A DNA stretch of 64,000 bases from Paraspadella gotoi (Eukaryota; Animalia; Chaetognatha), in contig CM119268.1 in NCBI GenBank assembly GCA_051294375.1, positions 20,534,750 through 20,598,749 of the forward strand, given 5' to 3'. Position numbers and translations under genes: made by a program. This document shows, one piece after another, positions 36,540 through 49,170 of this stretch. A model generated the notes under the pieces. It was not told the DNA's origin, ran no database searches, and saw nothing but the letters and a program-made list of their open reading frames with translations. Every line of letters begins with the position of its first letter. Position 1 is the stretch's first letter.

Positions 36540-39500
36540 TCTCTTCTCTTTTTCAGATAAAATGATTGTAAGGACAGAATTATGCCAGTTCACAAAATTA
36601 TTGCCAGGTTGAAACAAATTTTGCCACATTGACCAAATTATTCAGTTGACCAAATTATGCAATGACTAAATTATGCCAGTTACAAAACATTATGCCAGTT
36701 GATCAAATTATGTCTGTTGTTCAAATTTTGGCCTGTTGACAAAATTATGCCAGTTGACGGAAATCAAGCCAGTTGACCAAATTATGAAAGGTTACTAAAT
36801 TATGTCAGTTGACCAAATATTAAGCAAAGTTTGACCAAATAATGCAGTTATTATTGACGCATCTAACTCGTTCATTGATCGATCATTTTGATTTATCGAT
36901 TTTTTTCCGCTGCGATTTTAAGAAGTATGTTCATGAATTTGTTTCATGATCTGTTACGATCAACAAATTGGAAAGTCAAAAAGAATGACGTTGATTTATC
37001 ATCAGATTAAGCTGATTACCATTTAATTTCGACATTGTTTGCTCAAACTTGTTTTTACTGGTATAAATTAATTTTGTTGTTTGTACTTTTATTTTAATTT
37101 CTTTATTTCTTTATTCTTTATTTCTTTATTTCTTTATTTCTTTATTTTTTTATTTCTTTATTTCCTTCTCTCTCTCTCTATCGCTTCTTTTCTCCATCAG
37201 TTTCAACTCCAGGAACTGATTCTTAATCCTGAATTTCTGACCAGAACAAACATGTCATTCAACCGACGAGGAGAGAGAGAGAGAGAGAGAGTAGAGCAGA
37301 GGAAGAGAAGAAGATGAGAGAGGAGGAGAGAGGAGAGAGGAGAGAGAGAGAGAGAGAGAGAGAGAAGGAGAAAGAGAGAGAAGAGAGAGGATGGGATGGA
37401 GAAAGAAGAAACGTACTATGAAAGTTAGATTAGAGGCCACGTGAAGCGTGTCGAGCGAATGCGCACGGACCGAAACTCTAATGGAAGACATAACGAAGAA
37501 TGACACTCGAACGCCGGGCAGATGCGTGGGAATGGATGAAAAAAGGACGGGCAGATACTGAGGAATAAGTAAAGAAAAGACGGGCAGATGACCACGGAAG
37601 GGAAAGAAAGACAAGACTACCGGACGACAATGACAACGACCGAGGACTAGCACGACAATGAACAATGGACGAAGACTACGATGACAATGACTACGACGAC
37701 AATGACTACGACTCCGACAATGACAATGACACGAAGGACAACACCCTCGATTAATGGGGTGACCAAAAACGTACAAAGACTTACTGACGACAGATGGACA
37801 AATGACAAGGACTGACGAACCGACCAATGACATCGCAAAAGACTACGACAACAATGACAACGACGAAGACTACGAATGGACAATGACTTACGACGACAAG
37901 ACTACCTGAACAGACCAATGACAATGATCGAAGACAACGACGATACATGACAACGACGAAGACTACGACGACAATGCAACGACGCAAGACTACGACGACA
38001 ATGACTACGACGACAATCGATACGTACGCACAATGACAATTGACAAGACTCCACGACGACCAATGACATTCGACAAAGACTACGACAACACATGACAACG
38101 ACGAAGACTTTCGACGACAATATGACATCATTTTTTTTTAGCATAATTTATCAGTAACATTCGAGGTTCTGATATGATAATAATGATTAACCGACAAGAT
38201 TGTGGGGGGCGCGGGACCGACGGAGCGCCAAATGTCCATGCATCGGAATCTGGCTGATAAGCAGATGCCGACCTTCATAAAAACCCTGAAGATCTTGAAA
38301 AGAGTGAAGAAGCAATAAAAACCAAAAAGATATGAAATGTAATGACAGAAGGGATAATGACAAATAAGGGACATGACAAACCAAGGGCAAATGACCAGTA
38401 AGGTGGCAAGAGAACAAAAGGGAATGACAAAAGGAATGACAAAATCTCGGCGGTAATGAGACAAATCAGTGGAAGAAAAAGCGAAAGGAAAAAATAGAAA
38501 TCGTAACTTGGAAAAAAAGAAGAGTGACTCGATGAGAGAGAAATGGTAAATGTGAGTATGTTATGGCGCTCCTAATCCTCCCTATTTTTTGATATACTTT
38601 CTCTCTGCTGTCCCCAAAATTGAAGCGTTGCGGCAGATTTTTACGCTGGCGCGTCACTCTCTCAGTAAGTAAGAAGGATTTCGCTCTGATTTGTTTTTTT
38701 GTTCTCAATTTATGACACTCCGAGTTAGTAAAACGTCACAATCGCCCAGAAGAAATCCTCGTATTACGTGGCAGTTATCCAATGGAACTCTTTGCGAGTG
38801 AATAAAAGTTTAACAATATTCGATTCGCGACATTCTGGGTATTGGGAACTCATGCTAATCAGTTCGTCTGTTGCAAGATACTCGAACGTCTTCGACATCG
38901 CTAGCGTGAGAAGAAAACAATCTCACAGTCCGACAAGCAATCGAGAGACGAGCGAGAGAGAAGAGAGAGAAGAGAGATGATGGACGAGAGAGTCGGAGAG
39001 AGAGAGATCCGAGAGACGAAAGAAGAGAGAGGAGAGAGAGTAACTCCAGAGAGAGACGAGAGGTGCAGAGAAGAGAACAAAACACACGCCCATCTACTTC
39101 CGCGTCCAAACGATCTTCTCCTGTAAGCAGGTTTTTCTACGAGACTCGTATGGAGCGTGTAGACAGTCCTATTGTGCTTGCGGAAAGGGAAGGGAGCATC
39201 CGGGGTCACGCTGGAAGTATATGGTCACCGTTGAGACCCCGCTTGAATTCGTGCGAGCGCGATCGATGATTGGGGATGACCCCTTGACTGGCTCTTCCCT
39301 TCTTTTTTGTTGTTGTTTTAATTTCGCAGTACTTTCGCTAGTTAAATTTATTCCTGTGGTATTTTAGGTTATCTATTATTTTCTTGTTCGTATTGGTCAT
39401 TGTCTCCCAAAGTTAGAAAAGGTTAAATACAGAATAAAACCACTGGGAGAACTACTATGAACTTAATCAACCAACTAAACAAAACTAGAGCAACGCTATT

Positions 39501-39666
39501 TTCGCTATCATCCAATCTCACCTTTGTGCACGATGCTAAACCTGATTAACATTTGTTTTTCTCTCTGTTACCCAAAAGGGTGCTCCTTTTTTTCTTTCTT
39601 TCTCTCCCCGTACACTCAATCGCCCTCTCTCTGTTTTCTCTCTCTGCTCTCCTCTCTCTCTCTCTT

Positions 39667-39705
<39 letters not shown>

Positions 39706-39781
39706 TCTCTCTCTTCTCTCTCTCTCTCATCGTCTCTTCCTCTCTCTCTCCTCTCTCTCCTCTCTCTCTTCTCTCTCCTCC

Positions 39782-39821
<40 letters not shown>

Positions 39822-40369
39822 TTTTCCNNNNNNNNNNNNNNNNNNNNNNNNNCTCTCGTTTTTCTCTTTCTATTTCCGCTATCTCGCAATAAACCAAATT
39901 TCATGAAAAATTAATTTTTCTTTTTCAAAACAAATTTTTCTAACAGATAAAATTTAACAAAATAAATAAAGGTTTCAAAGGAATTTTAATACTCGGCTGA
40001 CCTTTTGTTTTTCCTATAACCGATTCCGCCCCTCGTGAAAGGGGGAGAGAGAGGGAGGGAGAGAGAGAGAGTGAGAGAGAGATGTGAGAGAGAGAGTGAG
40101 AGAGAGAGAGACAGAGAGAAGATTTCCCATAGATAAAAAGAGTAAAAATTAAAAAAAAAAAAAAAAATTAATTAGAAAAGGAAACTCGAGTTCGCTGCTG
40201 GACGATAAAGAAACGATCCCAACATTTTTGTTGTTTGATAGGGAAAAAATAAATATAATCTTAAATGTAAATATATTAACTAAATAACAAATAAGCGCCG
40301 TACAAGACGTTTACTCTGTGTTGGACGATGGTGCTGAAACTGCTGATGCTCACGATGAGGTTAAAGAGG

Positions 40370-41215
40370 TTACTGTTATGAAGATAATGATGATAATAAT
40401 GATGATGCTGATAATGCTGCTGATGATGATGATGCCGTCATCGATGATGATGATGAGGATTATGACGATGATGATGATGACGATGATAATGATAACGATG
40501 CTAATGATGATGATGATTATGGTGACGATGCTAATGATGATGATGATGATGCTAATGGTGATGATGACGATGATGAATAGAGATGCATGCTATGATGATG
40601 ATATTGAAGATGATAGATGATGATGCTCATGATGCTAATGATGATGATGATGACGATGCCTAATGAATGAATGACGATATGATGACTAATATGGCTGTAT
40701 GATGAGATGCCGTCATGCATGTGATGATGAAATTATGAGACGATGAGATGATGAGATAAAAAACGATGCTAATGATGATGATGTGTATGGTGACGATGCG
40801 CTAATGAATGATTGATGATGAGCGTAATGGTGATGATGACGATGATGATGATGATGATGCTAATGATGATGATATTGAAGATGATGATGATGATGCAATG
40901 ATGATATGCTATCTGACTAGATGAGATGATGAATTGCGATATGATGAATGACCGATGATGCTAAATGATGATGATGATGAGATGATGAGCCTAATGATGA
41001 CGATGGATGAAATGATAACGATGCTATGATGATGATGATTATGATGACGATTGATGCATGATGATTATCGTATTTCTAATATGGATGATGGATGAAAATG
41101 ATGATGACGATGATGCTAATTGATATGATGTTGAGATGATGATGATGATGATGATGATGAATGCTAATAAGCTAATGATGGATATGATGTTGACTGATTA
41201 TGATATGAGATGATG
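40370..41215. repeat. (GAT)n trinucleotide array
   Basis: Direct, interrupted by GCTAAT and GAC variants and indels. Confidence 0.95.
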
Positions 41216-41324
41216 TTGTGGTCCTTGTCGTCGAAGTTAGTTCAGATTTTTCTCCTTTGATTAACTTCGGTCTCGACTCTCGACTCTCGACCACCCGCGT
41301 CGTAGAAAATGGAGGCTTGTATCC

Positions 41325-41362
<38 letters not shown>

Positions 41363-42053
41363 AAAAAAGATGATAAAGCCCTTGTTGTAAGCCGAAAGCC
41401 ATAAAGCCCAAATGGTCGGTAGATAAAATGAAACCAGTTTTATAAAATAAGCCAGTAGGAATCACGGAACCGAAACGAATCTGACTTAACCTCACCAATC
41501 AGCCACCTTACCCAGCTCTCCCCTTATTTTCTCCTCCTTTCTACCTTTTTCCCTTTATTCTTTATTTCTTTTAGTTTTTTTCTTTTTTATTTTCACTTTT
41601 CTTCTTTTCTTTTTCTTTTCTTTCTCTTTCCTTTTATTCTTTTTACGATTAACATCTTTCAGTTTATTTCTCTATATTCTTTCTCCCACTACCCCTTAGC
41701 GCTTAGCATTCCGCAATTATTAGAGCTAATCTTTAAAAAAACAAAAAAACAAAAAACAACAACTCACAAATTTCAGTGATAATAGAGAGAACTGGCGTAA
41801 AATATTATTAGTATAAGTATAAGTATAAGTCCTGAAATCCAAGCAATTATTACTATATTACATTTTATTGGTAATTGTTTTATTCAATAAGTTTTAATAC
41901 TAAGAGAAATAAAAAAGTTGTCCCGTCTTCTAAAAATTCTATGATGGACCTCGATAAATCGGTGCTTCGCCGAACGGCGTACAGGAATGTGTATATCGAA
42001 TAAGTTTCTTTATCAACGGCCTCGTAAAAAGTTACCTTTATTTTACTTTTCTC

Positions 42054-42330
42054 TTTTTAGTTGCGCCGCGAGTACTCGCAGAGCAACCCTATAAGTCACT
42101 TTTCGGTCGGTCTGTCTATCGGTCAGTCATTTGGTCGTTTGCTCATAACTCGGCTCATAATACTGTGTCAATTAAGTTCATATTTGGTTAGAAAGGTAAG
42201 GTACCATAAAAACTTTAATGAGCATATGTAATTATATATCTTACTTTTATAGTCGCATGATATTTATAAAAGCAATAATATATATCCAGAAATTCAATTT
42301 GGTATAATTTTTAGTTATGAGCAAATGCTA
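42054..42330 (+). mobile_element. Helentron-associated (HINE/DINE-1-like) element, family 2, 5' portion
   Basis: TTTTTA-GTTGC-GCC-GCGAGTACTCGC-AGA-GCAAC-CCTATAAG 5' hairpin with a 12-bp palindromic core, followed by (GGTC/GTCT)n and GCTCATAACT, whose inverse AGTTATGAGC lies at ~42313. 3' end not defined. Confidence 0.55.
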
Positions 42331-42487
42331 CTTCTATAGTCACTTGGCCATAGAAATACATTCACACATTTACAAAGTAAACAAGAAAAAATTTGTGTAA
42401 GATTTGGTTGTTTTGATAAAACTTTTTTGATATAAGCAACCAAACATGAGACTTTTATTACTCTTATATTTTATACATAGTTATGTA

Positions 42488-42608
42488 ATTGGTATAACCA
42501 ATATAAAAAATTATCGATTCACTTAATAAATAAGATATCTTGCCGCTGACTTTGGACAGGCTTTGGTGGTTTAAGGCCTCTATCACACTTACAACTTATA
42601 AGATAATA
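42488..42608 (+). repeat. Dispersed ~120-bp repeat (ACAACCAATATAAAAATTATC...CTGACTTTGGACAGGCTTTGGTGGTTTAAGGCCTC...CTTACAAGATAAT)
   Basis: Related copies at ~50463-50556, 58801-58915 and 61575-61700 (diverged), plus a mirror copy at 34522-34625. Confidence 0.85.
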
Positions 42609-43353
42609 ACAAGTAATCATGTAATCACATGATCATTCAGAAATACACGTTATAAGTCAGAGCGGCGCAACATTGGAATTGCTCTTCTTGTTTCTTTTCG
42701 CGATGATTTCGCTTTTATTATCATTTCCTTTTCTCTTCCACAAAATCGGCGCAGTATATTTAAGCAATAAAAAAAGTCGAAACGACGCATCGAAATCCGC
42801 GGATTCCCTTGGGAGACTTTTTTTCTCTTGGCCGTTAATAACCCACAGAGATTCCATTTGGCCATGGAAAATGGGAGGGAGGAAAAGGGAGGGAGGAAAA
42901 GGGAGGAAAGAAGAGAAGGAAATAGAGGAAGGAAAAGGAGGAAAGGAGAGAAGGAAGGAAAGAAGAGAGAAAAGGGAGAGAAAAAGGGAGGAAAGGACCG
43001 GAAGAAACAGAGGGAGGAAAAGGAGGAAAGGGAGGGAGGAAAGGAGAGGGAGAACAGGGGAGATAATTAAGGTAGGGAAGAAATTGAAGGAGGGAAGATA
43101 GGGGAAAAAGAGAGGAAAAGGGAGGAAAGAATAGAGGAAAAGGAACGGAGCAAAGGCAGAGAAGAGAGGGAATACGTGAGAAAGAAAAATTGTTAAAGAG
43201 GAAAAAAGTCGGGAAAAAGTTGGGATAGTTAAAACGTGAGATAGTGATTAAAATTAAGTGGCGAGGAAAATGTTGCTGTGATTCGGGAGGAGAGAAGACG
43301 AAATGTTAGAAGAATTAATCTTATCTACGAAGAGAATGTATGGTGTTGATTCG

Positions 43354-43425
<72 letters not shown>

Positions 43426-44689
43426 GCAGAGGACAACGAGCAGGAGGAAATGAGCGGAAAACAATCAGGAAAGGATATCAGCACGAGGAAAAAATAGAAC
43501 TGCGAAGGAAAAACAACCAAGCAGAAGAAATAAAGGCAAGCTCAACAAGCAAAAAACAACAAGCTCAACGGGGATTAACCTTTAAGGGGACCAAGGATCA
43601 AAGTCAAGAACCGGTTCCGGTCAAAGTTCAAAACTTTTCAAGGTCAAAAGTTCAAAACTTTTTAAGGTCAAAAGGTCAAACTGATCCAAGGTGAAATCGT
43701 TTCAAAATATTTTTCGCCCACGAGGTTAAATAATATACTTAAATTTTATAAAATCTAAAGGATTTTTTCGAGATTCAAATTTTAAAGAAAAATATGGAAT
43801 AACATAATTTACATACTTGACTGCTTCAGATACTACATTTATGTGTAAAGAAAAGTTACGGTAATACGAACAGAAGTATGATGAACACCGTAAAAAAATT
43901 CCATTGAAATTTTTCATTAACAAATAGAATTAAATTTTAAAAGAAAACTAAGTTTACTTTGGACCTCATCGTCAACACCAGCATAAATTTTACGAATGAG
44001 TTTTACGTATTTTCTCAATGAGATTTCATGTTAAATTTTGCATTTTTAACGTAGTAAATCTCTTTACGAAAATAGATCTCATCTTGAGTTTAAACTTTTA
44101 TCTTCGCCGACAAAAAAAGTGAGACGAAGTCGGAAACTAAAAAATTCCTTTTTCAATTTTCTCTTTTTATTTTGTTTAATTTCTTTTCTTCGACAAGAAA
44201 ACCGTAATTGGATTTGGATGAAGAAAAAGTTTTTCCCTTGAAACCATTTTTTTTCTTTTCAGGATGAGAAGAAAAAAAAATGTTGGTCCCTTGGGACGGC
44301 TTCGATTTCGTTGTCGTCGTTGTCCGACTTGTAAATGTAAGGGATGTCTCGGGTAAATGTAAGGGATGTAAATGTAAGGGATGTCTCGGGTATCTCTGAT
44401 TCTATACATTTGACATTTAACATTTCAGGTCACCAGTTGTCGCCATCCGAAGTATTTTTTCCTTGGGGACAAGAAACAAAATAATATTTGGCTTTTTGTC
44501 GTTTAGACTAAACTTATCACCATATTAAGTACCTACTTATATTCATAGACATATAAATACATACAGGGGTTAAGGGTTGTGAACTTCGTCGTCGTTGTCT
44601 GTGTTGTCGTCTTTGTTGTCGTCGTTTACTTCGTCATCACATTAATGGCTTCGCGTTTGGTTTTACATTTTCTTCCTTTAATTGGCAGA

Positions 44690-44729
<40 letters not shown>

Positions 44730-45180
44730 CTCGGCGCAAATCGTAAAAGTTCTCGGTTAAGATGCTCGTTCATTTCCGGGAGGAAGAAACGCATTAGGGA
44801 ATTATGAAGGCAAAGGGAGAGGAGAAGAGGCTGAAGGAAAAAAGAGGAAAAGAATGAAGAAAGAGAGAATCGGAGAAAGGTGGAGGAAAAAAAAGAAAGA
44901 TAAAGGAAAGAATTGGAGGAGAGAAAGAAAGATAAAGAAAGATTGGAGAGAGAAGGTGAGGAAGAGAAAAGAAAGATAAAGGAAAAATTGAGGGAAGGTG
45001 GAGGAAGTAAAAGAAAGATAAAGGAAAAAATGAGGGAAGGTGGAGGAAGATAAAGAAAAGATAAAGGAAAAAATTGGAGGAAGGTGGAGGAAAAGATAAG
45101 AGAGATGAAAAATTTATTATTTACAAATCAGCGACTTTCTGGTAAACAATCATAAATACATAAAATGATGCAGTATTAAT

Positions 45181-45270
45181 GGAGTTATGCGCATTTAAAA
45201 CAAATGTGTGTCAGACAGACCGACCGACTGACCGACCGAAAAATAGCTTATGGAGACGCAGCTTATGAGA
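45181..45270 (-). mobile_element. HINE-like 5' fragment
   Basis: Minus strand CCATAAGCTATTTTTCGGTCGGTCAGTCGGTCGGTCTGTCTG...GCGCATAACTCC resembles the CCTATAAGTCACTTTTCGGTCGGTCTGTC...GCTCATAACTC segment at 42088-42151. Confidence 0.45.
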
Positions 45271-45441
45271 AAATGAACGCGACCCTCAAGACAAAGGTAA
45301 CTCGAAACATTGGGCGCAGAAGACAAAACAATACGTATGGAGACAGTGAATTTGGAGACCAAAACAAAAACAGGAAACAACGACAACAACAACAGACGAC
45401 GACGATGACGACTGCAACTTTTCCGAAGTCGCCAGAAACTT

Positions 45442-45474
<33 letters not shown>

Positions 45475-45529
45475 GATTCGGAAAAAAAACTTCAGTCGAG
45501 ATTTTCGAGGGGAGAGATTTTTGCCGATG

Positions 45530-45645
45530 CGTCGCCGGGAAAATCACCGGAAGCCGGAAGCCGGAAGCCGGAAGCCGGAGGCGACACCGCCGCCGCCGCC
45601 CAGAGACGCATGATTTGCATTCCTGCTTCAATATGCAAATGAGAT
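45530..45645. promoter_or_regulatory. GC-rich motif cluster: tandem ETS cores plus inverted octamer pair
   Basis: (CCGGAAG)x4 at 45547-45574; ATTTGCAT 45613-45620; ATGCAAAT 45633-45640. Confidence 0.35.
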
Positions 45646-46028
45646 TCTTGTCCACCGAGCGTCGGAGATTAGAGCAAGGGGAGTGAGGGAGAGGGAGAGA
45701 AAGAGAGGNNNNNNNNNNNNNNNNNNNNNNNNNNNNNNNNNNNNNNNNNNNNNNNNNNNNNNNNNNNNNNNNNNNNNNNNNNNNNNNNNNNNNNNNNNNN
45801 NNNNNNNNNNNNNNNNNNNNNNNNNNNNNNNNNNNNNNNNNNNNNNNNNNNNNNNNNNNNNNNNNNNNNNNNNNNNNNNNNNNNNNNNNNNNNNNNNNNN
45901 NNNNNNNNNNNNNNNNNNNNNNNNNNNNNNNNNNNNNNNNNNNNNNNNNNNNNNNNNNNNNNNNNNNNNNNNNNNNNNNNNNNNNNNNNNNNNNNNNNNN
46001 NNNNNNNNNNNNNNNNNNNNNNNNNNNN

Positions 46029-46063
<35 letters not shown>

Positions 46064-46533
46064 CGATTGTGTAGGGGAGAGAAAGAAAGAAAAAAGGAGC
46101 AACCCTTTTTAACAAGAGAGAAAAAAAATGTAAATCAGGTTTTACATTCGTCACAAGGTGGAGATTGATGATAGCGAAATAGCGTTGCTCTAGTTTTGTT
46201 GTTGTTATTGTTCATCCAGTTATTCTGTATTTAACTTTTCTAACTTTGGGACAATGACAATACGAACAAGAAAAATATGTAACTAAAATAAAAGAATAAA
46301 ATTTAACGCTGAAATACGACAATTAAACAACAACAAAAAAGAGGAAGAGCCGTCAAGGGTCATCTCCCCAATCATCGATCGCGCCGCGAATTCAGCGGGG
46401 TCACGTGACCATCTTCAGCGTGACCCCCCCCTTCCCTTTCGCAACACAATAGGACTCACCGCTCCATACGAGTCTCGTAGAAAACCTCTTAAAGCAAATC
46501 GTTTTGGACGCGGAGTAGATGGCGTGTGTTTGT

Positions 46534-46644
<111 letters not shown>

Positions 46645-47225
46645 CTCTCTCGATTCTTTCACTGTGAGATTGTTTTCTTCTCACGCTAGCGATGTCGAGC
46701 GTTCGAGTCTTTGCCCAGACGAACTGATTAACATGAGTTCCAAATAAGAATGTCGCGAATCGAATATTTAAACTTTTATTCTCGCAAAAAAGTCCATTGG
46801 AAACTCGTAAATACGAGGTTTCTTCTGGGCGATGAGTTTCTACTGAGTTCATAAATGAGACTAAAAAACAAATCAGGAAATCTCTCTTACTGAGAGACGC
46901 GCGCGAAAATTGACCGAACGCTTAATTTTGGGGACAGAGAGAGAAAGATATCAAAAAATAGGGAGGATAAGGCATAACATTCAACATTCACCATTTCTCT
47001 CTCATCGAGTCACTTTCTTTTTCCAGTTACGATTTCTATTTTTTCCTTTGCTTTTTCTTCCACCTGATTTGTCTCATTACCCGAGGATTTGTCATTCCCT
47101 TTTGTCATTCCCTTTTGTCATTCCCTTTTGTCATTCCCTTTTGTCATTCCCTTTTGTCATTCCCTTTTGTCATTACATTTCATATCTTTTGATTTTTATT
47201 CTTCACTCTTTTCAGATCTTCAGGG

Positions 47226-47370
47226 TTTTTAGTCGGATCTGCTTATCAGCAGATTCCGACTCTGGACACTTTGGCGCTCCGTCGGTCCCCCCCCCCAAAT
47301 CTTGTCGGTTAATCATTATTATCATATCAGAACCTCGAATTATGATAAATTATGTAAAAAAAATGATGTC
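47226..47370 (+). mobile_element. HINE-like element family 1, 5' fragment
   Basis: TTTTT-AGTCGGA-TCTGCT-TATC-AGCAGA-T-TCCGACT hairpin (47226-47261). Homology to 49030-49170 (reverse) continues to AAAAAATGATGTC. Confidence 0.6.
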
Positions 47371-47853
47371 ATTGTCGTCGAAGTCTTCGTCGTTGTCATT
47401 GTTGTCGTAGTCTTTGTCGATGTCATTGTCGTCGTAGTCTTTGTCATTGTCATTGTCGTCGTAGTCTTTGTCGTTGTCATTATCGTCGTTGTCTTCGTCA
47501 TTGTCATTGTCGTCGTAGTCATTGTCGTCGTAGTCATTGTCGTCGTAGTCTTCGTCGTTGTCATTGTCGTCGTAGTCTTCGTCGTGGTAGTCTTCGTCGT
47601 TGTCATTGTCGTGCTAGTCCTCGTCGTTGTCATTGTCGTCGTAGTCTTCGTCTTTCTTTCCCCCTTCCGTGGTCATCTGCCCGTCTTTCTTTCCTTATTC
47701 CTCAGTCATCTGCCCGTCTTTTTTCATCCATTCCACGCATCTGCCCGGCGTTCGAGTGTCATTCTTCGTTATGTCTTCCCATTAGAGTTTCGTCGTGCGC
47801 ATTCGCTCGACGCCTTTCCACGTCAGGCCTTAATCAACTTTAGATTTTTTTTA

Positions 47854-47896
<43 letters not shown>

Positions 47897-48304
47897 TGAA
47901 GACATGTTTGTTCTGTCAGAATCAGGATTAAGAATCAGTTCCTTGGAGGTTGAAACTGGGATGGAGAAAGAAAGCGATAGAGAGAGAGAGAGAAAGAAAT
48001 AAAGAAATAAAAAAATAAAGAAATAAAGAAATAAAGAAATAAAGAAATAAAGAAATAAAGAAATAAAATAAAAGTACAAAAACAAAATTATTTATACCAA
48101 GTAAAAACAAGTTTGAGCAAACAATGTCGACAATTAAATGGTAATCAGCTAATCTGATGATAAATCACGTCAATTCTTTTTGACTTTCAATTTGTGATCG
48201 TAACAGATCATAACAAATCATGACATACTTCTTTATAAATCCACGAAAAAATCGATAAATCAAATGATCGATCAATGAACGAGTAGCTGCGTCAATAATA
48301 ACTT

Positions 48305-48565
48305 GCATTATTTGGTCAACTTGCTTAATTTGGTCAACTGACATAATTTAGTAACCTTTCATAATTTGGTCAACTGGCTTGATTTCGTCAACTGGCATAA
48401 TTTTGTCAACAGGCCAAATTTGAACAACAGACATAATTTGATCAACTGGCATAATTTTGTCAACTGGCATAATTTAGTCATTGGCATAATTTGGTCAACT
48501 GGAATAATTTGGTCAATTGGCAAAATTTGTTCAACTGGCATAATTTTGTGAACTGGCATAATTCT
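48305..48565. repeat. 18-bp tandem repeat (ATAATTTGGTCAACTGGC)n, ~14 units
   Basis: Direct. Mirror at ~36575-36850. Confidence 0.9.
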
Positions 48566-48602
48566 GTCCTTCAATCATTTTATCTGAGAAAGAGAGAGAG
48601 AA

Positions 48603-48648
<46 letters not shown>

Positions 48649-48669
48649 TTAAATTTTTTTTTTTTTCAA

Positions 48670-48997
48670 TGAATGTCATTTTTGTTTTTTCAATTTAAAC
48701 TAATTTCTACTCGCATGATTCCATCAAAACTTTAAATCCAGCTCAATGACACAGTTTCCTAACCAGACATAAATTTAAGCTAAATCCATCCATCCAATTA
48801 TGAATAATTAGAGTTAATGTAAGTTAAAATATTCAAGTAAATGTGACTTATGTTTTTTCCATTTAAACTCGTTTCCACTCGCACGATTCCATCGAAACGT
48901 TATATCCAGCTTAGTCACACAATTTCCCTACCACACATAAAATTTCATTTTAATCCATCCATCCAATCAACAGTAGTTGGAGCTTTTTGCCAAGGAG

Positions 48998-49028
<31 letters not shown>

Positions 49029-49170
49029 ATCATTTTTTTGCATATTTATCATAATTTGATGTTCTGACATCATTTAAGTGAGTGCCCGACAAGATTTAGG
49101 GTTGGGACCGACGGACCGACGAAGTCAATTACAGAGACGGAATATGCTGATAAGCAGATCCGACTAAAAA
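48670..49170 (-). mobile_element. Helentron-associated (HINE/DINE-1-like) element, family 1
   Basis: Minus strand: T-run plus subterminal hairpin, GTCGGTCCGTCGGTCC, (GTCT)n, GGATTAAAATGAAATTTTATGTGTGGTAGG, then two ~170-bp central repeats. This order matches DINE-1/HINE architecture. Confidence 0.6.

Larger units (their letters stand above)
32821..39827 (-). repeat. Left (noisy) arm of large inverted duplication
   Basis: Reverse complement of 46029-51824, from TCTGAATTTTACATATCTACTTATATAATAAAG to the (TC)n tract. Insertion-rich and noisier toward its end at 25 Ns (39828-39852). Confidence 0.95.

Noticed and set aside
40318-40620. Poly-Met or poly-Asp ORF
   Set aside because: (GAT)n microsatellite.
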